This document shows positions 52,443-64,000 of a stretch of 64,000 nucleotides of DNA, in pieces. Each line of letters opens with the position of its first letter. Position 1 is the first letter of the stretch. Source of the stretch: Lama guanicoe (taxonomy: Eukaryota); NCBI GenBank assembly GCA_013239625.1, contig MU054212.1, positions 5,366,270-5,430,269 on the forward strand, given 5' to 3'. The notes beneath the pieces were generated by a model. The model did no database searches, was not told the DNA's origin, and saw nothing but the letters and a program-made list of their open reading frames with translations. Both the position numbers and the translations under genes were made by a program.

Positions 52443-53004
52443 TGTTTTCAGGTTATATATTGCTGCAAAGAAACTACTTCAGAACCTAGCCATGTTAGTA
52501 TAATCCAGTAAGTTTGTGAGTCAAGAATTTAGTCAGGGCTCACCTAAGTGATGCTTTGGCTCTATGGGGTATCAACTCAGTGGTCACTCAGTGGCATTTT
52601 GTACATTATTTTCTCGAATTGAGAAAATAGATTGCAAATGGATGAACTAGCCTGGAGAGTCCAAGACAGCTTCAGTCACGTGCCCTGAACCTTGGCTAGA
52701 AGGCTGCTCTCAGCTGGGACTCTTCACCAAAGCTCTTACACATGGTCTCTTGAGCATGTTAGTCCCAGGGCTGCTGGCCTTCTTCTAGGGTCTCAGAGCT
52801 CCCAAAGGTTGCGTTTCGGAGAAAGGACAGAGGAAGCACCAGTTTCATAAGACCTGGAACTGGAAGCTGATCCAGTGTCTCTTCTGCCACTTTCTGTGAG
52901 GCCTGGCAGCCACAGAACCCCCCAAGACTCAAGGAGGTTGGTCACAAATTCAATCTCTAAACAAGGAGAGTAACGAAGCATCTGCAGCCATCTTTGAGTG
53001 CACG
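52443..53004 (-). mobile_element. MLT1H-like LTR
   Basis: tattgctgcaaagaaactac, gtgagtcaagaatttagtcagggctca, ggagagtccaagacagcttcagtcacgtgcc, tctgcagccatcttt. Confidence 0.8.
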
Positions 53005-53565
53005 GTTAACTAGGGCTCTTTGGGTTGCAGAAGACAGAAATCTAAACCTAAACTGAATTAAACAATAGGGAGCTATTGATGGTCACAGAACACAAAAACT
53101 TCTGGGCTTTGGCCGCAGCCCAATCCAGGGGCTCGACCTCTGGATCCGGGACCATGTCGTTCCCCAACTTCTGGCTCTATGTTAGCATCAACCTATGGTA
53201 ATATGGTCGCACCATTGCTGCCCACAGCTTTAGGCCATATCCTCTCAGGGTCAAGTCCTGTGAAATGAAATTTGTTTTCTTCTCGTCCCTCAGACAGAAT
53301 CCTGAGCCCTCTCAATGTGCCTGATTGACTTGTTAGGGATTGGTCTGCATTCCTGAAGCAACCGCTGTGGCTAGGGGACCAACAGTCTCCAGTCACTGGA
53401 GCTAAGTCACACAAGGTCACTCCCCACACAGGGGTGATGTCAGCTCGACTTGAGGCTCAGCAGAGCAGAACTGGAGGAGAGAGCAGCTCCCTGGAGCCAA
53501 ATCAGTTTACTGTTATCAGGAGAGTGAAGGATGTGGGGCAGCAGAAACGGCAAATGCTCATCACG
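53005..53565 (-). mobile_element. MLT1K/L-like LTR
   Basis: tagggctctttgggttgcagaagacagaaa...cctgaagcaaccgctgtggctagggg...ctgttatcaggagagtgaaggatgtggggcagcagaaa. Confidence 0.75.
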
Positions 53566-54559
53566 CCATCGTCTCTTCATCCATAATGTGCAAACGTGTG
53601 TGTGTTCCTGTGCTTCTAAAACACAGAGAAAAAAGCGGTCAGAAACAGGACCTGCAGAACAAACATGAAATAAGTAAGTCTGGCTATTCCCAACTCAAAC
53701 CTCGAGAGCAGTGAGAAGAGCTGTGCCATCTCCTGGAGTCTGGCTCTGTCACTTCCTAGAAATTACCTGTACCACAGACTGAATTGTCTTGGATCACCAA
53801 GAGTATCTGTCGCAAGTACTAAAGTGCGCCATGCTTTGGGGGCACTTTCTCTGTTTCCATCTGCTGCCCATACTTCTTGGGGATCAACCTTACAACAAGA
53901 TTCTGACCCCAGATCCACATCTGTGATTCCTCCTCTTTTATTGCCACTCTTTGTCTCGTCTGTGGTAGCCTTCCTTATATTAGAACTCAGCTCAGCTGTA
54001 TTCATATCAGGAATTTTATATAAAAATTAGTCTGCACCTTCTAATTAATTACTCTGACTGTGCACCTATTTCAATGATGTTGTACAGCTAAAGACATTTT
54101 ATAAGTTAAGGCATCATTTGAAAATGGTTCTCATAGCCTGCACACATTCTTCTAAACATCTTCAGGAAATGGAGCTGTTGACAGTTTTGAAGTAGCAAAC
54201 CTCATTGATAACCATGTTGCAAGCCTGTCCTTTGAATCAATGTCCAATCAACCTTCCTTTACAAGACTGCATTATACTATGGTGAATTCTTTAATTTAGT
54301 CATTAAATTTAATTTGTGTTGTTTGTATATACATGGATAAATCTTAACCTGGATACATGAATTCAAATTTTTTATTATTTTTCTAATGATTAATTTTTTT
54401 CTAAGGGACTGAGTAGAACACTAAAGTGTACATTAGAACCATGTAAGGAGCACTTTAAAAGTTCAAATTCTAAGGCTTTCATCCTAAAAAGTTTGATTCA
54501 GAAATTCTCAGGCAGAGACCATGATATACTTGGTTTTTTTCTTTATGAAAATTTCCTTT

Positions 54560-54920
54560 AGCTATCTTTAAAATAGCACATGCTTGTTTAATGACAAAAA
54601 TTGAATCTAAGTATTCGTAAAGCGTAAGTTAAACATGCCTGTATATTCTTTTCTTCTTTTTTCACACCTATTAGGTAACAATCTGTTGTGAATCCCTCTA
54701 CGGTTTTTATGTTCAAAGAACATATTTATCTGTTTTATTTGTTTCTAAGTGGGGTTATATAATAGACATCCTCTGCAGCTTATTTTTTCACTTAATAATG
54801 CATTACAGGTATTATGTTAATATATTTAGACCAAACTCATAATTTATTTATACAATATCTCATGCCCTGATACACTACAATTTTTTTAAATTTTTTGCAC
54901 ACTGATGGATGTTTAAGTAC
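54560..54920 (-). mobile_element. Ancient L1ME fragment
   Basis: tctgcagcttattttttcacttaataat...cactgatggatgtttaagt. Confidence 0.55.
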
Positions 54921-57918
54921 ACCTCTTTGCTTTGGCCTCCACTAGGTGCCCCAGAGGTGAAACCTAGAAGAATTTTTACGTAGCCTCCAAATCCAACATA
55001 TTCTTGAACAGTTTTCAAGTATTCAATACAGTTCAGTGATAATTAAGGCACACTGACTACTTCTCTTCTATAGAAAGCACACATCCCTATCAGATTTAAT
55101 TTGAACACTTAGATAACAATAGCAATATTTTTAAAATACAAATTTTACCCCAAGAATCCCAGGTTTCTGTAATTTAAACTAATGAAGAGTTCAGGTGCCT
55201 TGGCAATAGACCAAAAGGAAACAAAGATGTAGAAACGAATAAGACAAAGCAACATATTTTGAGGTAGTTGACTTTGTTAGTCTTTGAACTGTGATTAATA
55301 ATTTGAATTTCATTATCATTTATTCAATATTGCCGTGTGGTCTTTTATCACGAATCATTTTAGATAGCTAGGTACATATAATCACTTTTTTTTCACTGTG
55401 GCGAAATCCACCTAGTTGCTATGGTGATAGTCATTATAAAATGAGTAAAACAAAATTAAGACCACTACATGCCTAGAATAAAATCAGTGAGGTGATACTC
55501 TAAAAGTAGGCATTTTTTAATATATTGTTAGAGCCCAAAGTAGAATTACATTTGCCCTAAATAGTTGGCATCTCCAGTTTTACATGAATGCTTATGAAAG
55601 AGACAGAAAGGAGAAAAGCTAACCTAGAGTGATTGTATGAGAAAGGCGAATTATGTAAGATGTTCTGTATTGAGATTAAGAGTATATAATAAAGCATATT
55701 GTTTTCGATTCAGGTGTTATAAAATTAAGTTTCAAAACTGACTTTGAGAAATCAGGCCATAGCTCATACAAGTTTTCCTAAATGTACGATTCCCCCCTTT
55801 ATGTTCATCTGTACTCAAGAAAAGAAAATAGAAAATACCCCTTTTTTCTTTTCAACCACTGACTCAATTACCACTTAGTATTTGGCAGACAGCTAAGAAT
55901 AGACCGTTCTCCACATGACAGCTTCTTTTTCTCCACACATTCATCCTCCCTAAATTCAAAAATACATGTTTTCTGGTGACAACAGATTGAACATGTCTTT
56001 GGAGAATTTGAGAAAATATTCTAAAACTCATGTGCTTTCACTGTCTCCTGTTGACACCAAACAACACTGCCCAATCCTTTCTCAGAAGCAGAGAAGCTTA
56101 TGGGAGCTTGAAGAACACAGTCCATAAAATTTCATCTGCTCTCTCACATTGTGAGAAGTTTGTAAATCAATTACCGGATGCTGAAATTCTTTTGGATTGA
56201 GACAAATTGTTGAACTCCAAGAGAATACAATGCTAAGAAAGTCATTAGCTTTGACACTTCAGAGACAAAACAGAGCACCATATTCATTTGCTGTTCTTGT
56301 AAAAGAGTATCAGGTTTTAAAAGTTAAAAAAAAATGCTCACGTACATCTTTTCATCTATTTAGGAAAAATAGTTGGTGTATTTATGAACAACAAGAGTAG
56401 CAAGTTCATTAAGGAATGTAAAAGGAGTGGAGAAAGGAGAGCTGGGGACCTCACAGAGGATGGTAACAATCTTAACAGTCATGTTGACAGTCAGGGCTTC
56501 CTTTTTTTGTTTTGTTTTGTTTATATTGCTTTGTTTTGAATAATCTTGCTCTGGTGACGTTTTCCTCAACTGAAAATGTGAAGAGTCTGAGGCACGTTAG
56601 CTACTGGTGATTAAGCCTTGAGATTTTTAATTCAAAAAAAAAAAACCTTGCAAATTTCCCTCTCATATGCAGAAAAAAACCTGGGATTCAAAGACAGAAG
56701 CTTTCTTATTTTATTATCACGCACACATCTCCAGCCTCTGTGAATTTATCCTTCCCTCGATCACTGCCTGTCTCACCTTAGAAATTAACATATATTTTAC
56801 TTTTGTTTCTCTATCATTAAAAATGCATTGCAATGAATAATATAGCAGGGCTGTGTATAAAATGAAACCTTCCGCATCCTCTTTTAAATGTTTGTTCTTC
56901 AGCAGAGATCCTCTGAGGAAAACATATTGAAAGGATGAACAGTAATTTAATTTTTTATCATAAGCATTAGTGGCAAATAAAGGACAAAAGTACTTTGCAA
57001 GGCTAAAGGAAAAAGATGAGATATTCATCAAGGGAAAATACTGCCTTCATATTGACTGCCAGGTCATGCATATTCTTTTTCTTTTCAAACAGAGAAAATC
57101 ACAAGATTAATATGCAGACCTTGGAAATACTTTCTATGTGTGTGACAGCAGCAAATATAGAAGACACTTGGTATACATTGTTGGTGCTTTTAGAGAGATA
57201 TCTAAGTGCTTTTGTGAAAAAAATGAGGTTACTAAACAGCATTTTTGTTACAATAAGAATCTAAAATTCAGAATTATACTGTTTTCCAAAGTATCTTGAA
57301 TCATGATCTTTTCTGAAAATTAGATAAAGGAAAAATCTTTTCTCCAGTTAGATTGTTAATTAGCTGTGTAAAGTTAAGAACAAAACAAAATCTCAGTTCT
57401 GACTGGTGCCAAAAGTCATCATGACATATGATACTCCTGCATTGATTTCTTTAATTTGACTGACAGAAAGCTTGAAAAGGCTACAGGTCAAATTCAGTGA
57501 AACAATATTGCCAATCATTTCTTTAGAATTTGCAGCATAATTAAAAAGAAGGATAAAAAAGAAGTATTGTCTTCCATTTCTAAGAGAAAGTTTAGAAATT
57601 ATTCTATATCTGTCTGTCATCTTTCTAGGTTCTGAAACATTTGATCCATGGGTAATGAAAAAAATGTTTAATTGGGAAGACTTTATGATCTGTGAGGAAA
57701 TAAAACCAAATCTCATGTAGCAATACCTCTATTAAACAATAGTATAATTAAAATTGTTCACCTAGACTTGAATTGAAGGTCTCTTTAATTATCTGTCCTG
57801 ACCTTCAATTGTAGACCAATGTTCAGGAACAAAACTGTTTATCCTGCCTTCAAAAAACAGAATACTGAATCTTCTCATCCTAGGTCCTTTCTCCAATTTT
57901 CCATTTTTCATCCTTAAA

Positions 57919-58472
57919 TAGAGGTCCCCAAACACAGTGCCCTTAATGTCTCACTAATTTCTTAACAGTGCCTTTAAGCCAAAAGAAATACCTAACAGTT
58001 CCTTTTATTAAGTTGTGATATGCAAATGGCTTAATAAGTATTTATGACCTAACAGTTTAGTAGATGTTTGAAAAGATAACACACATAAATTGAAAGAAAA
58101 AAGTAGTAATGTTATTTTATTCTTAAATGACTGCAATTTCTTACTAATGAGATGTGTACACCTGCTGGGCACTGCACACCTGACATTTTGGAACCAGAGT
58201 GAACATCCCAAGTACTCATTTGAATCTTGCCTTTTAAGGCAAAAACTGCTCCAAAAACCCAACTTTTCTAAGATGTTATGTAATTGAAAGGAATATCATA
58301 CAATCTAATATCCAGTCTATGTGAATGACCTTGAGCTAGTAATTTTCCCAGCGTTCAACAAGTGTCAAGTATTGGCAAAAAATTTAAAATTCCTTCAAAA
58401 AATTAAAATTCCCATAGTACCTTTAAATTCGCTGAAGCACCCAAAGAAACAGCACAGGATTTGGGACCCATG
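57919..58472. mobile_element. MER119-like hAT-Charlie DNA transposon fossil
   Basis: gccaaaagaaatacctaacagttcc...cttaataagtatttatg...acacataaattgaaagaaaaaa...cttactaatgagatgtgtacacctgctgggcactgcac. TIR-like ends gaggtccccaaa / tttgggacccatg. Confidence 0.75.
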
Positions 58473-58639
58473 TCCCCTCGAAAAAATTCCAGAGGAGAAT
58501 CAGTCAAGCTGGTTGTATGCCTGTCCTTCCCTTTAAAGCTTAGATGACAATCTTTTGTTTCCAGTTTCTCCCTTCTCTTTTCTCTCCCTCTCTCTTTGTC
58601 ACACACACACACATACATGTCATCACCTACTGCTACTCA

Positions 58640-58880
58640 TTTCATCCATTCATTCAAGAAATATTAGCTATTATTAAATATCTACTCTAGACACCTTGCT
58701 AAATTTTATGGACTCAGCAATGAAAAAAAATTCCATCTTTGCTCACAGAGCTGGTGGAAAAAGCTAGAGAAGTAATTAACCAATTGCAATGCTATTCTCC
58801 TAAATAAGAAAGAGCATAGAGAATTATGGGAACACATAGACAAGGCAATTTGCCCAATCTGGGAAATTTGAGAAGAGTCA
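58640..58880 (-). mobile_element. L2 3' end
   Basis: ttcatccattcattcaagaaatatt...tttgctcacagagct...tatgggaacacataga. Confidence 0.7.
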
Positions 58881-58970
58881 TATAAATCAAAAGTCTGAAA
58901 TTATCCACAGATATCACACACAAATATTATTTTCTGTAGGGCTCAGTGTTCATTTAAATGATGTATTCTA

Positions 58971-60050
58971 TTTTTTTTTATTTTATTTTTAGATTCCACA
59001 TATAAGCGATCTCATATGGTATTTTTCTTTCTCCTTCTGTCTTACTTCAGTTAGAATAACATTCTCCAGGAACATCCATGTTGCTGCAAATGGTGTTATG
59101 TTGTCGTTTTATGGCTGAATAGTATTCCATTGTATAAATATACCACCTCTTCTTTATCCAGTCCTCTGTTGATGGATATTTAGGCTGTTTCTATGTCTTG
59201 GCTATTGTAAATAGTGCTACTATGAACATTGGGGTGCAGGTGTCTTTTTGAGATAGGGTTCCTTCTGGATATATGCCCAGGAGTGGGATTCCTGGGTCAT
59301 ACAGTAAGTCTATTCCTAGTCTTTTGAGGAATCTCCATACTGTTTTCCACAGTGGCTGCACCAAACTGCATTCCCACCAGCAGTGTAGGAGGGTTCCCCT
59401 TTCTCCACAGCCTCTCCAGCATTTGTCATTTGTGGATTTTTGAATGATGGCCATTCTGACTGGTGTGAGGTGATACCTCATTGTAGTTTTGATTTGCATT
59501 TCTCTGATAATTAGTGATATTGAGCATTTTTTCATGTGCCTATTGATCATTTGTATGTCTTCCTTGGAGAATTGCTTGTTTAGGTCTCCTGCCCATTTTT
59601 GGATTGGGTTGTTTGTTTTTTTCTTATTATGTTGTATGAGCTGCATAAAGAAGATGTAGTATATTTATACAATGGAATACTATTCAGCCATAAAAAATGA
59701 CAACATACCGCCAATATGTGGAATCTAAAAAAAAAAAAAAATCGATACAAAACAGAAACAGAGCCATAGACATAGAATACAAACTTGTGGTTGCCAAGAG
59801 GGCAGGGGTTGGGAAGGGACAGAATGGGATTTCAAAATTCATAGATACTGATAGGCATATGTAGAATAGATAAACAAGATTATACTGTATAGCACAGGGA
59901 AATATATACAAGATCTTGTGGTAGTTCACAGTGAAAAAAATGTTACAATGAATTTATGTATGTTCATGTATAACTGAAAAATTGTACTCTACACTGGAAT
60001 TTGACACATTGAAAAATGACTATAACTCAATAAAAAAAAGTTTAAAAAAA
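58971..60050 (+). mobile_element. Relatively young L1 insertion with 5' inversion: inverted ORF2 piece on minus (58971-59644), 3' end on plus (59645-60050)
   Basis: ORF 59191-59646(-) is an uninterrupted 151-codon L1 ORF2 C-terminal (Cys-rich) fragment ([19 protein letters not shown]). The 3' end has AATAAA and an A tail. TSD gatgtattcta (58960-58970) / gatatactcta (60051-60061). Confidence 0.95.
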
Positions 60051-60774
60051 GATATACTCTAACATAAACACATTTTTTCTCTATCCTGTAAAAGTCTCTA
60101 AAATTGGAAAGTATTTGAAAGACTTATACTTTTTAAATCATTAGAGGGGGAAAAATTAAGCCTACATCAAATACTAATGCACCCCCCAAAATGGTGTCAG
60201 AAGTAAATAAACAAAAGCAAAATATGTAAACCTAAGGGGCTCCTCTTTGGAGATGGTATTCTGAGGCACTTGGGAAAAAGGACAGTTGCTCAATGGCAAT
60301 TCTGATGGAAGAGTATCGGATTCGCCGATGCACTGAAAAAGATCTTGAGTATCCAGAGCATCTCCAAACACATGCTTTTGTTTTTGTTTCTGTCTTAATG
60401 TCTAAGATCACATATGTTTGCCCACTTAAGTGTATGAAGAGCTCAGGACCACTACACCAAACATCTTTTTTTTTTTCCTTCTTAAAATACTTCTGTTTGG
60501 AAAGTCACTTCAGGACCAAATTAAGTCTGCATTTTACAAGCTTATTGTCTCTGGCTGTCAAATGGCAAATTATTGACATTCTTATTACTTCTGTCTATAC
60601 ATTTACACAGTGAAGCTTAAAGCATCTATGATGCCAGAAGTCCCAGGGTGTATTTCAAAAAACATCCGTGACGTGGTATGGGGAATGGGTATCATCTGAA
60701 AGAGAGCGTGCTCGCTACTAAGGCTTCTGTTCTTTGCATCCTTTCACAGCCTTTTCTCAGTGAACAAGAAAAGA

Positions 60775-60975
60775 GCAAGCTCTTATGCCACACTTACTAT
60801 GAACCAGATAATTTTCATCATGCTTTACCTACAGAAACTGATTGCCTTTCATACCGCCCCATGAGTTAGGTACTCGCATTTTCCCCAAATAAGAAATTGA
60901 GACCCAGAAAAGAAACCACCAAATGGTGAAACCTGATTTAAAACACAGACAACCTGGTTTTAGAGTCTGTTTCCA
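60775..60975 (-). mobile_element. MIR SINE
   Basis: cacttactatgaaccaga...ccccatgagttaggtact...aataagaaattgagacccagaaa. Confidence 0.75.
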
Positions 60976-62138
60976 AACCAGTATATTAGATTGCCTCTTG
61001 CCCCAGATCTTTATGCAGGCTGCTCCCACCAGAGACACACATTCACTGACAACCCCTGAAGAAAGGGGACCTAAGAAGAAATGCTGAGGATTTTTTTTTA
61101 AAGGAGAATATTTATATTCTCAAGTTCAGTGGGAAGATTCAAATTTACAGTTATTGCTAATTAAGATTCTCTTCTTGTCTGAGCTTTCCTCCAACGGATG
61201 TCACCATATATCACAAGACATAAACAGATCTTTCAAGCTAAATACAGTTCTCCCAAATTGGTATTAACTAATATGTTAATAGGAGGCATTTGGACCTCGC
61301 TCTCTCTGTGACTGTATGGAAAACATGCCTTGCTGTCCTTTGGATCTTACTGCCTACATTTTTTGTCAATCTATGTTTCCCTAGATTTTACTTTTAACTC
61401 TAGTCTTTATTTTTAAACTTTGAAACTGCTTTGTGATATTGACCTCTTTCCATGATATTACGGGTGATTGTAGGTGACCTGACCTCCATCTTTCCTGCCA
61501 TTCCTTGGGTCTTTCACAAGGACATGAGTGTGTGCTGGCACCTGGTACCTCTGTCCCTCCCCAGAACCACACCCAGAGCCTTGGGATGTGACCACAATAC
61601 ATCTGGCACGTGCAGGGGAAGACAGGCTCCTTTCCTGCCACTTGAGCTTGCTTGAATACCATGCCACAGAGGTCTTTATCCAGCCAACAACCTATAGCCA
61701 GAAAATATTCCTTCAATAATCTGTGTGCACAAAATATTAATATTCAAATGTAACCCTATCACATTGGTTTTCAATGTCTGGCTTTTTCTCGTAGCCAGTG
61801 AGTCACCCGGGTCCCTGGATGTACTGCAGTCCTTGCAGACAGTGTTAAGCCTCGCTGCATAAAGGCAAACAACATGTACTGTATTTCAGAACTTATTTTT
61901 TTCATGCAGCTTCTAAGATTTACATAAAATAGCAATAATAACATGGTGAAAGCAGTCTTCAGGTGGATTTTAAGCAGAGACGTAACTGAAGCCAAATGTT
62001 AGAATAGTTCCAGTTAACTGTGTTTTTTTTGTTTTTTGTTTTTTGTTTTTTTTTTCCTGTTCAGTGAAGAACGATTGTGATAATGACCTGATCATGGGTT
62101 TGATGGAAAAGTGTGGGGCTGGGTGTTGTTCCTAGTCA

Positions 62139-62158
62139 ACAGCGCCACCTTTTGTCTG
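62139..62158 (-). promoter_or_regulatory. Possible CTCF-binding site
   Basis: The minus strand reads cagacaaaAGGTGGCGCTGt. This is a strong match to the 3' half of the CTCF core with a retained CpG; the 5' half is weak. Confidence 0.4.
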
Positions 62159-63205
62159 GAGATGTCGGGTCCTACTGAGCACAGCTGGCTTTCCCATGTG
62201 GGAGCTTCATTGGGAGCTTAGGCAAATGCTGTAAATCCCATTTTCTCCTTCCCTTGACATCAGCAAAGTCAAAATTTATTTTTAAATAGCATAAACTGCT
62301 TTTAGGACAAATAAACTTTAAAAATGCAACCAAGCACATGGAAAGAAACATCACAGCTTCAATATAGTTCCATTAGACCCGCTAAGCTCTCCCAGGTATA
62401 TCCTTTTATCTAGCCTCCCCACATGGATCCAAAAGAGGCTGCAAATTTCATGGTTTTTACAGGAAAAATAAAAAGTATGCACTTTAGTTTGTTACAATCA
62501 GAATGATTTAGAAAACCATGTCTCAAACCTTGTAGTTGGCTCCATCTGAATGTTACAATATGGGAAAAATGAAAGAGATCTAGAGGGGTGCGTAAAATCA
62601 CAACCCCTTGAAGTCTGTGTGCCTTGCAAATGAATAGTTGGGTGAAGCAAATGTAGTCACTCTTCTGTGCTCTATTCAGATAAGTGAAATAACTGAAGCC
62701 TTGAGCAATGAAAGAAATTATAAAGCAAAAGTCAGTTTGCTACTAAATTCATGAAGGAAGGTAATGAATAGCAATGTAGGTAAATGTGGAGGAGGTCACA
62801 GCAGGAGTCTAAGTGGAAGTCTGGGGAAGCCTACACAGCAGGGACCTAGTTTCTGCAGAAGTCTGTCTTCAGAGGGGCTCCTAGAAGAAGTCGTCCTGAG
62901 GTAAAATAAATCTAGGCGCCATGATCTTAAACCAGGCATGCATCCTAAACCACTGGCAATAGGACAGTTATGAAAATATGACTTCTGTCCTGAGATCTGC
63001 TTCGTCAAAAGCGAGAAGGCTATGACACGAAAACTCTGTAACACATTGGAAGATGGGCAGAACCACCTCTACAAAAACATCACATAGAAGGAGTGAGGTT
63101 TTCTGTCCAGATCTGCCACACACCACCGTGCAATATTGGAATTGCAGAAATCCTGTTCATTATTGACGATGGTGTCCGCCAAAGTATCTCCAGTGCTTCG
63201 AGAGA

Positions 63206-63309
63206 GAGCTTGGCCGAAGATACTTTTGGTGAATTTATTTGAAAAGCATCATAGTCGGAGCTTGGCCGAAGATACTTTTGGTGAATTTATTTGAAAAGCA
63301 TCATAGTCG
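63206..63309. repeat. Perfect 52-bp tandem duplication
   Basis: gagcttggccgaagatacttttggtgaatttatttgaaaagcatcatagtcg at 63206-63257 and 63258-63309. Confidence 0.97.
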
Positions 63310-64000
63310 GACTTCTGAAAATAGGTGGCAGCCAAAATGAGCAGCAGAAGGCACTCACAAGAAGGGGGGATTTGCAGGAGTGAGAGAAGGAGAGAGAGAG
63401 AATGCAATGTTAGGTACCATTGTTACCATAAACCCTCCATTTCCACTTGTGAGAAAGGTGTGAACACAGGAAGGCTCAATTCTGGAAAAAAAAATTGAGA
63501 TAAGGTTACCTATCACTGATATTTTACATTTCTCAAAGGACCTCAAATCACTTATCCATCCTTTTTGAGTTACCTGTACATAGTCAAAGTATTACAGAAA
63601 GTTAGGAGTTAATTTAAGATGGATCTTTCAAGCAGAAATGGATTTTTTTCCCCTTAGAAACGACTTACCTTGCCTGTGAAGTGAACCAAAATTCACTGGA
63701 GAATTATACAACCCTCCATTTAGTTTTGGTTAGATAAGTAAACTTTGACATTATTAAGAGTGATTTTTTTTTCACTGCCTGAAGGCATGAAAGGGAATAA
63801 ATGACCTCTTGAAATCCCTTCCTATCTGTGATTCTATTTGTTACACTGATTAAAACTTTCTAAAGAAAGAAGTTCCAATTAGGGCTAACAGTTTCATGGC
63901 AAAACCCTGCCCAAGTCCCAAAGTCACTGATTCCAAAGGACTAAATCTCAGTGCTAGTATTCCCATGTCCACTACAGAAATCAAAATTGTGCCAAGTACA

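Noticed and set aside
59191..59646. 151-aa ORF, the longest in the window
   Set aside because: It is the L1 ORF2 C-terminus inside a truncated, inverted insertion, not a host gene.
63206..63309. Direct repeats considered as a CRISPR-like array
   Set aside because: Two abutting copies without spacers, no cas genes, and a mammalian context.
63669..63778. Minus-strand exon-like unit (ccttcag|G ... AAG|GTAAGT)
   Set aside because: Stops in all three frames and no link to other exons. It could be a UTR/lncRNA exon but is unsupported.

Overview
AT-rich mammalian genomic DNA, very probably camelid (Camelus/Vicugna/Lama): it carries a TSD-flanked, tRNA-derived SINE matching my recollection of the camelid Vic-1 family (44721-44865) and cetartiodactyl-type L1 3' ends. 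No complete protein-coding gene, RNA gene or CRISPR array can be supported. Apart from L1 ORF2 fragments, the ORF track looks like chance ORFs. The window is mostly intron/intergenic-like, with many old repeats (MIR, L2, L1ME/L1MA, MaLR/ERVL/ERV1 LTRs, hAT and Tigger fossils). The best non-repeat signal is a candidate minus-strand gene 5' end: TATA at -30, Inr, STAT and ETS motifs at about 23.6 kb, a first exon with a GTAAGT donor, and candidate exons at 21.4 kb, 3.4 kb and 0.3 kb that run off the left edge. I could not identify the gene. The other notable signals are mutational footprints: two templated insertions copied from 1.7 and 4 kb away, two clear (plus one probable) 5'-inverted L1 insertions, a nested L1, and tandem duplications of about 312/341, 281 and 52 bp. 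Repeat family names come from remembered consensus sequences and need Dfam/RepeatMasker confirmation. I found no convincing new biological system.
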